Below are positions 18,373-28,053 of a DNA stretch of 64,000 nucleotides, piece after piece (the stretch's first letter is position 1; each line of letters begins with the position of its first letter). The notes under the pieces are model-generated. The model made no database searches, was not told where the DNA came from, and worked only from the letters and a program-made list of their open reading frames with translations. Made by a program: the position numbers and the translations under genes. The stretch lies in sequence record OP889247.1. One strand, given 5' to 3'.

Positions 18373-19290
18373 ATGGTAGATGTAATTGATAATGGTCGCA
18401 CTAAAAGTAAACTCCCAAGTCAACTGATCTCTCCTACTGCATTTGGTACGGTAGTTTCAGCTGCTGTGAACTGTAAGCAACCTTTTAATGTTCCGGCTAA
18501 TACTACTCTTAATGAGAAGTACGATGTTCTAGCCGTCGAATCAGTTGGTATGAAACATGGTAAGGATTTCAGTCTAGGTTATTACGGGATCGGTATTGGT
18601 GGTTCTCGCTCAGTTGGAGCAGATACTAATGGGCTGGAAGGTCGTAAGGTGTATCAACACAAAGCTACTGACCAAGCTGCTTTCTACCCAATTCCTTTCT
18701 TGATCCGCACTATTGATAATGACATCGATCCAGCTATTCGCGAAAACTATCGGATGCGTGTAGTGCGTAAGATCGGCGAAATTACTTATGTAATGTATTA
18801 CCTTAAGAAAATCGGATTCCAGTTGTTTGATCCGTCTGTTAAGATCGGTACTCGTGATGAGACCACTGGTAATGAAACCGAATATCCTTACGAGTATAAG
18901 AAAGAAGATCTTTCCCCTACTCCGTATGAACTCCTTACCAGTGATAGTATTCCACTTTCCAATAATTATGCTAATGGCACTGGTAAACTAGATCTCTCTT
19001 TGAACAGTAGCGATCTTAATGAGATCCGTAACGTTTGTACCATTCTCTTTAACGACGTTACTAAAGCCGCTATCAATGAGATGTATCTGGTACACGGGAT
19101 TGAAACTACCTTTGATGGTCAAATCGGTTCCGGCGGTACTGTTAACTATAAAGAGCTTCTTTCAGCAGTAACTAGTTTCACTATTACTGAAGCTTGGGCT
19201 CGTGATGCTAATGCTAACTCTACCATGCCTTGGTATTTCCATATTGGTAACTCTCTGCCCATGTTAGTTGCTCAAGACGCTTTAGTATAA
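18373..19290 (+). CDS. Probable virion structural protein
   Basis: 305 aa, YYGIGIGG motif, operon context. Confidence 0.6.
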   Translation: MVDVIDNGRTKSKLPSQLISPTAFGTVVSAAVNCKQPFNVPANTTLNEKYDVLAVESVGMKHGKDFSLGYYGIGIGGSRSVGADTNGLEGRKVYQHKATDQAAFYPIPFLIRTIDNDIDPAIRENYRMRVVRKIGEITYVMYYLKKIGFQLFDPSVKIGTRDETTGNETEYPYEYKKEDLSPTPYELLTSDSIPLSNNYANGTGKLDLSLNSSDLNEIRNVCTILFNDVTKAAINEMYLVHGIETTFDGQIGSGGTVNYKELLSAVTSFTITEAWARDANANSTMPWYFHIGNSLPMLVAQDALV

Positions 19291-19301
19291 AGGGGTATTC
19301 A

Positions 19302-19502
19302 ATGCCAAATAAAAATGGTATACATCATGTTGTTAAAGAACCAGATAGTAAACTTTGGCCAAAGGTAACACTTTGTGGTAAAGAAGTTTGGTATCATGAC
19401 ATGCCAATTGGCATTGAACACGCTAAAGCTTGTGTAGAACAAGGTACGTATCTTCAGCCTTGTAAGAAGTGTATGAAAAAAGCACCTAAAGAACAGGAGT
19501 GA
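19302..19502 (+). CDS. Small Cys/His-rich protein, possible Zn binder
   Basis: 66 aa with H..LCG and CKKC; SD GGGG upstream. Confidence 0.55.
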   Translation: MPNKNGIHHVVKEPDSKLWPKVTLCGKEVWYHDMPIGIEHAKACVEQGTYLQPCKKCMKKAPKEQE

Positions 19503-19504
19503 TT

Positions 19505-19999
19505 ATGACTGATCAATTCAGTCAGTTTTCTCCAAAGGACAGTTACTCCCAATCAGGGAGTAACTATTCTGGATCTAACTGGCGAGCAGAGCAACTTCCT
19601 AGTGAAGCTGTAAAGAACAGTGATGAATTGGAATATAAATTCCATCCTAAAGAGTGTCAGTTTCCATTGATTAATAAACACTTCACTGTTCAGATTAATA
19701 CTAAAGTAGAATTAACGTTTCTAAGTAACGTTGAACAGAACACTCCTTTTGATTATAAGAAATTTGGATTATCAATTCCAAGACAACTCATGACATTATT
19801 GAACCAATATAATATCGGAGATGGTTGGAGTTGTAATCCACAGCGTGGTAACAGTGTTGCTGCTTTCTCTCTACTCTATTTTGGAGTAGGTTCCTTAACC
19901 CCAACACAGTACCAGTTGAATCGTAAAGCTCCTCTAGTGGCAATTGTAGAAGTCGATACGTTTAACGGTAAAGAGGTGTTAAGTCTTGCTGTGAGATAA
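19505..19999 (+). CDS. Hypothetical protein (start moved to ATG 19505)
   Basis: SD GGAG at 19495..19498 fits ATG 19505; abuts the RuvC gene. Confidence 0.65.
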   Translation: MTDQFSQFSPKDSYSQSGSNYSGSNWRAEQLPSEAVKNSDELEYKFHPKECQFPLINKHFTVQINTKVELTFLSNVEQNTPFDYKKFGLSIPRQLMTLLNQYNIGDGWSCNPQRGNSVAAFSLLYFGVGSLTPTQYQLNRKAPLVAIVEVDTFNGKEVLSLAVR

Positions 20000-20001
20000 A
20001 C

Positions 20002-20574
20002 ATGACTATAAAAATACTCGGGATTGACCCAGGAACTAATAGCTTAGGGTGTGCTGCTCTTGAGTTAGATGTTTATAACAAGAAATCATTTAAACTAATT
20101 TATGCTGATACTATTCTAGGTCAGAATAATGAGTTTGGTGTTCAGAATGATAATCCTCATCAGGTAAGAGCTAAAGGGCTTACAAGAGTCTATTCTCACA
20201 TCTTTGATATGATTGATCCTAATGTAGTAGCTTGCGAAGATAACTTCTTAGGAATCAATCCTGCTTCGTTTAAACGCCTTATCGAAGTAGTCTCGTACTT
20301 TAATATCCACACTGTGATGAATAAATCTGATTGTCCATTTAAACTAGTACTCCCAAGACTTGCTAAACAAATTGTTAAAGCAGACTTTAAAGGTAGCACT
20401 AAGGATGATGTAACAATTGGATTAAAGAACTGTCCTTTTTTAGATTTAAATGGATTTGACTTAGATCAACTTACTGAACACGCTAACGATGCAATTCTTC
20501 TGGCCCTTTATATTGCAGTGCAATACTACAAAGATTTAGGGTGGGATATTGTAAATGACAGTAAACAACAATAA
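20002..20574 (+). CDS. ruvC: RuvC-like Holliday junction resolvase
   Basis: ILGIDPG, ACEDNF and HANDAILLA carry the RuvC catalytic D/E/D pattern. Confidence 0.85.
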   Translation: MTIKILGIDPGTNSLGCAALELDVYNKKSFKLIYADTILGQNNEFGVQNDNPHQVRAKGLTRVYSHIFDMIDPNVVACEDNFLGINPASFKRLIEVVSYFNIHTVMNKSDCPFKLVLPRLAKQIVKADFKGSTKDDVTIGLKNCPFLDLNGFDLDQLTEHANDAILLALYIAVQYYKDLGWDIVNDSKQQ

Positions 20575-21211
20575 AGAAATCACAGATAAGAATGATCCAG
20601 CTTATTACGATTGGATTCCTGCTGTATTAAGATCTACAGCAGGATTTAACTCTTGTATGACTGTTGCCGTTACTAGCTTAATATTTATTATGACCATTTA
20701 CCATGGTGTAATAGAAAATCAAAAAGGTTGGTTTAACGGCGTTCAGATGGTGTTGATGCTCTGCGGCCCGATAGTTATTGCATGGAATTTTTCTAATGCT
20801 AAGTCTATTCTCTCAACTGTATTAACAATAGATGAAACAGAAACTATCGAGCAAACTAAGAAAGAGATAAAGATACCACAAACAGCAGGTGTGGTAACGG
20901 ACAATGACATCGCTATTGAAAGAGAGCTATTTGGTCTAAGTACTGTTCTCATGAGAGCTATAGCTGGCTGTATTTCCGTACATGTTATCTGTTTTGTTAG
21001 TATTGTATTCACAATTACTATTAGGCAAGCTGCTATAGATGGAAAAGTTCTACCAAGTGATATGGAAGTATTACTGGCTGTCATTGGACCAGTGATTACC
21101 AGTTGGTCTTTTGTTAGAGCAGCTAATACTCTTGCTGTACTAATGAGCTCCGGTAGTAGTTTAATAAACCTTAGAGAAAAACTTGCAGATATCATCAGAC
21201 CAAGTAAATAA
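20555..21211 (+). CDS. Four-TM membrane protein, holin candidate
   Basis: Four hydrophobic segments in two similar pairs (GPIVIAWNF / GPVITSWSF); converges on the spanin pair. Confidence 0.5.
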   Translation: MTVNNNKEITDKNDPAYYDWIPAVLRSTAGFNSCMTVAVTSLIFIMTIYHGVIENQKGWFNGVQMVLMLCGPIVIAWNFSNAKSILSTVLTIDETETIEQTKKEIKIPQTAGVVTDNDIAIERELFGLSTVLMRAIAGCISVHVICFVSIVFTITIRQAAIDGKVLPSDMEVLLAVIGPVITSWSFVRAANTLAVLMSSGSSLINLREKLADIIRPSK

Positions 21212-21221
21212 ACATAAGACA

Positions 21222-21255
21222 TAACTCTCACTCTCCAGTTGGAGAGTGAGAGTTA
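21222..21255. terminator. Bidirectional terminator
   Basis: TAACTCTCACTCTCC-agtt-GGAGAGTGAGAGTTA, 15-bp stem between convergent genes. Confidence 0.85.
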
Positions 21256-21268
21256 ACTTATCTTTAAG

Positions 21269-21691
21269 TTATTTTTCGTTCAAGCTAGTGATAATCAAAT
21301 CAATATTTTTAATGAGTTTATCTACAACTTGATTCAACCCATTGATTTGTTCACTAGAGACATCTAACTCCTTAGTAGTTGCAATAAGAATTAAACGAGT
21401 AGTTGCATAACAAGCATCTTTCGCTACTTCCTTAGTGCAGTCATTGTGTTCAAGGAATTGATTAAGTTTATCCATCCTGGATTCACGCTTCTTCCAGTCA
21501 GGAACGTAAACAGAACTTGGTACATCAGTTAGGTTTTGTTTTAGTGCTACTAGCTGATCCTTGTAAAGCTGAAGCTTTGCTAACTCCGACTTCATCTCCA
21601 CGTAGTTTCCCGCTGCTGTTACTTTCGGTTGCGATGAGCAACTGCCGAGCGTAAAGATCATCAAGAGGACTGTCAATAGCCGTGTTATCAT
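21269..21691 (-). CDS. Outer-membrane lipoprotein, o-spanin candidate (start at ATG 21691)
   Basis: MITRLLTVLLMIFTLGSC lipobox-type signal; starts inside the upstream TM/coiled-coil gene. Confidence 0.7.
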   Translation of the reverse strand: MITRLLTVLLMIFTLGSCSSQPKVTAAGNYVEMKSELAKLQLYKDQLVALKQNLTDVPSSVYVPDWKKRESRMDKLNQFLEHNDCTKEVAKDACYATTRLILIATTKELDVSSEQINGLNQVVDKLIKNIDLIITSLNEK

Positions 21692-22004
21692 ATCCGTATT
21701 TCTCATAGATGCCTTTGTAACCTCTTTCAAGAAGTCGATTATTAAGGATCAATTGTTGTTCCAAGTTAGCAGCCCACTCACGCTGTTTAATCGCGGCTTG
21801 CGTGATACTATCAGTGGCCTTAGCAAACTTATCAACAGCAACAACCAACTTATCTACCGTCTCTTGATTTAGTTTATTAGGATCTTCTCTAAAAAACAAA
21901 AAGAAAGTGAGACAAAACACCATTATCCAAATACCTAGGGTATTCAGTAGTTTAGTTTTATCCACTTCCCCAAGAAACGACAAGGGGGTTGGAATAAGAC
22001 TCAT
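21525..22004 (-). CDS. Inner-membrane i-spanin candidate (start at ATG 22004)
   Basis: Single N-terminal TM (LGIWIMVFCLTFFLFF) then helical coiled coil; overlaps the lipoprotein gene. Confidence 0.7.
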   Translation of the reverse strand: MSLIPTPLSFLGEVDKTKLLNTLGIWIMVFCLTFFLFFREDPNKLNQETVDKLVVAVDKFAKATDSITQAAIKQREWAANLEQQLILNNRLLERGYKGIYEKYGYDNTAIDSPLDDLYARQLLIATESNSSGKLRGDEVGVSKASALQGSASSTKTKPN

Positions 22005-22005
22005 C

Positions 22006-23238
22006 TCATACCGCCTCAAACGTCACGCCAGAGATCTTAAATAAATATCCCCTAGGAAGCACTCCAGGATCACCTTGGTTGATTTCCATACTGTTATATG
22101 GACTACCAGCCAGATTACCTGAGGATTGAATAGGATAGTATCTAGAGATTCTGACATCGTGGTTTAACAAACGCTGCCCGATCCCATACGTCTTAATATA
22201 TGGAACAGGGAACAGCCCATTATCTAGCACAATCGGATGTTGAAAACGTTCCTCAGTGTGCAAGACATTAGGATAATTAAAAGTTGTCAATGGTACAACC
22301 TCTATTCCTAATGTAGGGTTACTGACCAGTAGAATAAAAGAGTTATGCATAGTTAATGCATCTTTCTTATACTGATCAAGCTTAGTAAAGTTTGTTAGTT
22401 TGGGAGTACGAGTAAATTCCCGATAAACTTGATAATGTTTAACAGCATCAAACCCGGATAGATTAACCATGACAGTATCTACACCGACTTGATAAACCAT
22501 TTCACTATCAGTTATCAATTGACCATTAACTACCATCCAGATGGTTTTATTGTTAAGGTCTGTATTTTCAAGTTTTACTTTCCAACTCTTTACACCATTA
22601 CTATCATATTCAAAGAGATTATCTTTGGTAATAGGAATGGTTTTTAAATTACCTAGTTTCTCAAAGCTTAACGCAGAAGCTCTTACATCGCGTTTAAGTT
22701 TAACATAGTCACTACCAGCACCAAGTAGATAAACGCCGTCAGAACGTCCTACAGACCGATAGAAAACACCGTTTACATTAAAGAGTGCTTTATCAACCTG
22801 TTCATTGTAATTAATCCCACCAGTGTACTTATAGTGAGTTAATCGAATGTCAGGCGCTGCTTCAGAAATAAGGTCGTTTTGTCTATCCTTTGCAAGATTA
22901 AGGTCTGCTGGATAGTGGTAAAATCCATGAGTAAATAACCGCTCTAGCTTAACAAATTTACGGTCTTTTCCAGGTATCAAAGGAGATTGTTTTAACACAT
23001 CTCCTACCTTGGTATTTAACCATTCTTGAATAGTCATCAGTGGTGTTTTAGCAAAACTTAACCGATAGTCATCAAGTGTTAAACAGATCTTCGTATTATA
23101 AAGAGTATCTGTCGCTACAATGTAAAGTACACTGTAGAGTTTCTCTAGATCTCCAACAGGATAAGAAGAGATATTAACAACGTGAAATCCCGGTTGATAA
23201 TCCTTAAAACGTCCCACTGCATATAAGTAATTGTACAT
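22006..23238 (-). CDS. Probable virion structural protein
   Basis: 410 aa, divergent from the tail gene cluster. Confidence 0.6.
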   Translation of the reverse strand: MYNYLYAVGRFKDYQPGFHVVNISSYPVGDLEKLYSVLYIVATDTLYNTKICLTLDDYRLSFAKTPLMTIQEWLNTKVGDVLKQSPLIPGKDRKFVKLERLFTHGFYHYPADLNLAKDRQNDLISEAAPDIRLTHYKYTGGINYNEQVDKALFNVNGVFYRSVGRSDGVYLLGAGSDYVKLKRDVRASALSFEKLGNLKTIPITKDNLFEYDSNGVKSWKVKLENTDLNNKTIWMVVNGQLITDSEMVYQVGVDTVMVNLSGFDAVKHYQVYREFTRTPKLTNFTKLDQYKKDALTMHNSFILLVSNPTLGIEVVPLTTFNYPNVLHTEERFQHPIVLDNGLFPVPYIKTYGIGQRLLNHDVRISRYYPIQSSGNLAGSPYNSMEINQGDPGVLPRGYLFKISGVTFEAV

Positions 23239-23270
23239 GCATTTTCACCTTTTGATACAGAGGTTCATCT

Positions 23271-24032
23271 ATGACAAATAATACCTCGGCGCTACAAGGA
23301 CAACTGGTTTATCCTTGGAACCCGTTCCAGGATCTAGCGAGTAATGATATTAAAGGTGAGGTTCACCACATTCCCGCTAATGCAGCAGGAAGTATCATTA
23401 TTCCTCGTTGTTCACCTTTATTCTCACGTAATGTAAAGATTAAACAACTGGATAGTTCTAGAGAGTTATCCCTAGAAGCTGGTGATTACTCTTTTGTTTT
23501 CCCATTTGGTAATTTCATTGGTAAGTACAATCGACTGGTTTATGGTGGGATTGTAATTAACAATGTATCTAGTCCGATTAACATTGAACTAGATTACTCA
23601 ACCATTGGTGGAGACTTCGTACTTGATGAGATTAAGTACTTAGAAGCTGTGGCCAACGCTCAGATTGCACCGCGCCGCGAAGATTGGGACAAGATCATCA
23701 ATCTCCCAACTGAGTGGCCAGTAGATCCTCATCCTCATCCTGCTTCTGATACTTATAACTACCAAGACATGATCACTGTCATGCGTAGTTATATTGACGC
23801 AATGTCAGGTACTGAGAACCCGCTAGCTGTTCAGCAACTACTAGAGGATCACCTCAAAGCTAATCTTCAATCTGCTCATAAAGCTGATCTAACATCACTA
23901 GGTGTAACTAACTTGGAAGACTGGAAGATGGCAACGGTTGATGATCTTGCTGGAAATAGTACGGAACTCCTAGTAAACGTCAACTTACTCAAGCAAGCTA
24001 TTCGGGGATTTGCACAAGGTACTTGGAAATAA
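23271..24032 (+). CDS. Tail/baseplate-associated protein, paralog 1
   Basis: HLKANLQSAHKADLTSLGVTNLEDW variant of the H-x6/7-H..GLGN..N fibre motif shared by the next three genes. Confidence 0.65.
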   Translation: MTNNTSALQGQLVYPWNPFQDLASNDIKGEVHHIPANAAGSIIIPRCSPLFSRNVKIKQLDSSRELSLEAGDYSFVFPFGNFIGKYNRLVYGGIVINNVSSPINIELDYSTIGGDFVLDEIKYLEAVANAQIAPRREDWDKIINLPTEWPVDPHPHPASDTYNYQDMITVMRSYIDAMSGTENPLAVQQLLEDHLKANLQSAHKADLTSLGVTNLEDWKMATVDDLAGNSTELLVNVNLLKQAIRGFAQGTWK

Positions 24033-24069
24033 TATCTCCGGTATTTTCTTTTAGAAGGATGTATCGTGT

Positions 24070-25344
24070 ATGATGCTAACTCCAGATGTACCTCGTTATA
24101 AGTTAGACCTGGAGGGAAACTCTAAGTTTAATCTTATCCCAAAAGAGTATGGTAAACGAAGTAATGAAAAGAACAATGATATCTTTGTTCCTCAATTTGC
24201 TCCGTTTTACATGAACAGTTTTAAGATGTATTTCAAAACCGGTGAACCGATGGTCCTTGACGAGGATTATGAGTTCTACGGGATTATGTCAAAGTTAACC
24301 GAATACACTGCTAAACCAGTAGGTTTGTTTGTTAAACTACTCAAACCAGAAATTACTGAATGGTATAGTAGTTACCAAGTAGTAGGTAACTTTAACAAAG
24401 TCAATGATGATATCATCCTGATGCTAAAAGCTATTGCTGAAGATGATAGAACAGTTGACTGGAATAACATCGATGGTAAACCAGAATGGTTTAATCCAAA
24501 ACTTCACCAACATGATCTTACTTATGAAATCTTTGGCTTTACTGATTTGATTAATGCTTGGGAAATGCTCATTGATAAAGATATCCTTGGGAAAGGTAAT
24601 CTTACAATGATGTTAGAGTCATTCGAAGAGAAGCTAGATGTTTATATCAATGGATTTAAACAACAAACAGTTAAACTCCTAGAAAGACATAAAGCGAATA
24701 AATCAGATGCTCATGGTGTACAGAAAGATCAGATTGGTTTAGATAAACTGGATAACTTCAAAACAGCTAGCTTGAATGAGACAGTGGAAGGTAAAGCTAC
24801 TGATCGACACATCACAGTTTATAATGCTGCGAAAGTAGCGACTATGATGACAGGTCAGAATGCTCGGTTGTTAGACAGTGGTAAACTCCCTATCTTTACC
24901 TTTGCTTGTGACCCGCTAGATCCGGTGATTACCAAATCTACTGTTGTTGGAGAATACGTTCTTTACTGTAAAGCTGTACCGATGTGTATAGTTGGCGGTA
25001 AACGTTATTCTATCCCTGTATCAGTTATTGATATTACTGACACCATTGCTAATCCAGTTAACAAAACTCTGTATGTTTATTTGAACTATAAATCAGGGTC
25101 TGTTAATTACGTTATTACTGAGATTGAAACTCAGGAAACAACTAGTAATGGATTAGTTGCATTGTTGACTTGTAATGCTTCTGGTATTAATTTCCTTGAG
25201 TGTTATGACAGGTTTACAATTGATGGATTAGGGATTACCGACGTTAGGACTGGTAGTGCAATCCTCGCTACCAATGAATCTATTTACGCCCAAACTAATG
25301 CTAGTAATATCTTTAATAAAGCGACTGACTTGTTACCAGAATAA
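24070..25344 (+). CDS. Tail fibre-related protein, paralog 2
   Basis: HKANKSDAHGVQKDQIGLDKLDNF motif; C-terminal domain similar to that of 25407..27995. Confidence 0.65.
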   Translation: MMLTPDVPRYKLDLEGNSKFNLIPKEYGKRSNEKNNDIFVPQFAPFYMNSFKMYFKTGEPMVLDEDYEFYGIMSKLTEYTAKPVGLFVKLLKPEITEWYSSYQVVGNFNKVNDDIILMLKAIAEDDRTVDWNNIDGKPEWFNPKLHQHDLTYEIFGFTDLINAWEMLIDKDILGKGNLTMMLESFEEKLDVYINGFKQQTVKLLERHKANKSDAHGVQKDQIGLDKLDNFKTASLNETVEGKATDRHITVYNAAKVATMMTGQNARLLDSGKLPIFTFACDPLDPVITKSTVVGEYVLYCKAVPMCIVGGKRYSIPVSVIDITDTIANPVNKTLYVYLNYKSGSVNYVITEIETQETTSNGLVALLTCNASGINFLECYDRFTIDGLGITDVRTGSAILATNESIYAQTNASNIFNKATDLLPE

Positions 25345-25355
25345 CCTTTAATTAC

Positions 25356-25389
25356 TTAGAGAGTGCGATCTTTTGATCGCACTCTCTAA
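25356..25389 (+). terminator. Hairpin terminator
   Basis: TTAGAGAGTGCGATC-tttt-GATCGCACTCTCTAA, 15-bp stem. Confidence 0.75.
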
Positions 25390-25406
25390 TCACATCTGAG
25401 GTTCCC

Positions 25407-27995
25407 ATGAAAGATTTAAATATAGTCGATATTGACTATACGGGATCCAATTCGGCTTATCGTAAAGAAGATCTTGTCGATACTTCTACTCTTTCCGGAT
25501 TTTGGATAGTACCAGAGGAAGCGCCTTTTTATACTGATTCTCTTCGTATCTTAAATGGTGGAACATTTCTAACCAAAGGTGACGATTATGAACCAGTAGA
25601 ACCAGTTACTGATTTAACTGAACTAACTGGTAAAAGTGTTTCCCTATATATCGAATTAAAACCGCACTTAGTAAACAACAAACACAACTTAGTTGCTATC
25701 TACCAGAAAGTAGGAAGTCCTGTCATTAGTCGTAAAGTCCTATTAAAGCTTTTCGAAGATATGGGGGTTTCTGGCGGGATTGTAGATTTCAACAAGAATG
25801 TGGTAAACATTCCTGAGACTGTTCCTAGTGCTCATCACCTGATGGATATGTCAAGCTCTGATGAGATGATTGGTTTCGGTGGACTAGTTGAACTCTTTAA
25901 ACATTTTACTGCTGATGAACGTAGTAAGTATTCAGCTGTCGATGGTTTATTGGAACAAACTCAACAAGACATTTTTACCCAATTAAATCTACAGCATAAA
26001 GTTCGTAAAGATCAACTGTTTGCTCATATTCAAAATTACCTCAATCCACACGGTTTAAAACCAAGTGATATTGAACTCGGTAATTTGAGTAACTTTAGTA
26101 CCGCTCATCCTCAGCAGGACTTGGATGGCGAACGTAGTGATCTTTATTCTACCCCTTATGGTTTACGTAGAGTAATTGAAGAGACCGAACCAGATACTGA
26201 TCCTTGGGTACTTCAAAACGAACTCCCGATGAGTTTCTACGGCACTGGTATTTACCTACCACCTCCTATTTACTCTGGTGTAGTGGAATCTACCACTGAA
26301 TATCAGAATGGGGTTTTTGTTAAAGAAGCTAATGGTTGGATCATTGGATTAGTAAAACGAGTATACGGTGGCACTCGCGGTCTTTATTACATTCACAATG
26401 ATAAACTAATTAATCGTTATAACAAAGATAAGTTTAGACATTCCAATGAGAAATATGATCACTCTCACTTCACTACTGTTGGGTTAACTCCTGATGCAGT
26501 GTTATCTGGTTCTGGTGATGAATTCCTTATTACACTTGATAGCGTGGCTAAACGCGGATTCATTACTTACAGCCAATCTAGTTTAGATCCTAGAAAACAC
26601 AAGTATAAAGAGATTGATTTTACTTTAATCAGGAATGCAACTGGAGCAGAAGACTTTATTGCTAATTCTCATTTTGCTAAAATTGGTGATTACATTTATT
26701 TGTTTGTAAATACTAATCAAGTAAGTGAAGAACAAGCTTTAGGTAATTATGTACCAGCTGGAACTGGTGAAGATGATCGTAGTCGTAACTGGACAACTAA
26801 GGTCTTTAGATTCCCTGTTAGTGAAGTAAGTTCTGCTAGTAGTTCTATTGTACCTACTTTGGTAACTTTGAACTACGACAACGTTGATCGTGTCAGACGC
26901 ACTAACCAGAATCGGTTTAACTTGTGTAATCATGTTAAAGGTGACGGAACTAAGTTACTCTCCTCATTAGTTAACTACAGCGCACCAGTTACTAATTCAG
27001 TTCTAGCTAAACGACGTTCTTATTTCATTGTAGAGAATCCTAATAACAAAACCCAAGCAAGAGTGAGAATTCTTGCACCACACTTCTGTAATACAGGGCA
27101 AGGTGGTAAGTACTTTGTTATTGTTGTTGATTACCTCTTTGACACTGTTACTAATACATTGACGTTAGATCCTAATTGGGTGAAACCAACTCTGGATGTT
27201 GTTAATAACACGTTTACTAATCTCAATGAGCAACAATATCTAAAAGAGATCGCTCTAGGGTCTCTAGAAAGCTTCTGTTTAAACGGAGATGAGATGACTA
27301 ATAGTTGGGTAGTCGGATTCGGTCCGATCACTGTAACGTCGTCTCAGGGCCTTAGAGATCGCATGAAGAAAATCATCGATAATGCGATTAATGCTTGTTG
27401 GCCTAACTCTATCTTTGAACCTAAGTTAGATCTGGATGTAGTTCCACCTTTATCTGTCGTGTACTTACAAAGTAATCATTGGGATAATCATCTTCGTGAT
27501 TACGAATCCATGGGATTGCCAGTAAACCAGTTAAACGACATTGATGATCTTAATAGTTTCAGTGAAGTTATGGTTGTAGATAAAACTGACGAGGGAATTC
27601 CTATTCCAAGTTACCCTTGGGTGCTTAGAGTAGGTGCCGATATGGAAGTGGTGTTTAATGGAATCTCTGTGAAAGCAAAACAGACCATGTTTAACTTAAG
27701 TGGAATCGCAACTGTTTATAAGAACACTGTGTTCTATTTATACTGTATGTTAAATGGTTCTACTGCCACTTACGAGATCACTAAGCAACTTAGGTTCACT
27801 AGTGGTACACAACTACTAGTGGCTAAAGTTACCACTAATGAAACTGGCATCAGTAACATTGAACGTTATAGTCCAATTGCTATTTCCGGATTCCCGATTA
27901 CTCGAGTACGAGAAACAGGCATTCCTGCCACTGAAGGAATGTTAAGTGAACCAGGTGAATACCAGTTCCTAAAAGCGTCAGAACTTATTAGCTAA
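25407..27995 (+). CDS. Tail fibre-related protein, paralog 3
   Basis: HIQNYLNPHGLKPSDIELGNLSNF motif; 862 aa; N-terminus similar to paralog 2 (APFY..S, G...DDYE, ELTGKSV). Confidence 0.65.
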   Translation: MKDLNIVDIDYTGSNSAYRKEDLVDTSTLSGFWIVPEEAPFYTDSLRILNGGTFLTKGDDYEPVEPVTDLTELTGKSVSLYIELKPHLVNNKHNLVAIYQKVGSPVISRKVLLKLFEDMGVSGGIVDFNKNVVNIPETVPSAHHLMDMSSSDEMIGFGGLVELFKHFTADERSKYSAVDGLLEQTQQDIFTQLNLQHKVRKDQLFAHIQNYLNPHGLKPSDIELGNLSNFSTAHPQQDLDGERSDLYSTPYGLRRVIEETEPDTDPWVLQNELPMSFYGTGIYLPPPIYSGVVESTTEYQNGVFVKEANGWIIGLVKRVYGGTRGLYYIHNDKLINRYNKDKFRHSNEKYDHSHFTTVGLTPDAVLSGSGDEFLITLDSVAKRGFITYSQSSLDPRKHKYKEIDFTLIRNATGAEDFIANSHFAKIGDYIYLFVNTNQVSEEQALGNYVPAGTGEDDRSRNWTTKVFRFPVSEVSSASSSIVPTLVTLNYDNVDRVRRTNQNRFNLCNHVKGDGTKLLSSLVNYSAPVTNSVLAKRRSYFIVENPNNKTQARVRILAPHFCNTGQGGKYFVIVVDYLFDTVTNTLTLDPNWVKPTLDVVNNTFTNLNEQQYLKEIALGSLESFCLNGDEMTNSWVVGFGPITVTSSQGLRDRMKKIIDNAINACWPNSIFEPKLDLDVVPPLSVVYLQSNHWDNHLRDYESMGLPVNQLNDIDDLNSFSEVMVVDKTDEGIPIPSYPWVLRVGADMEVVFNGISVKAKQTMFNLSGIATVYKNTVFYLYCMLNGSTATYEITKQLRFTSGTQLLVAKVTTNETGISNIERYSPIAISGFPITRVRETGIPATEGMLSEPGEYQFLKASELIS

Positions 27996-28053
27996 TTGTA
28001 AATAACGAAAGGGGAGGTAACACTTCCCTTCTTCCTTAAAGGAGTTGGTCTTT

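Noticed and set aside
20743-21231. 162-aa antisense ORF in the membrane protein gene
   Set aside because: Nested opposite a better supported gene and runs through the terminator
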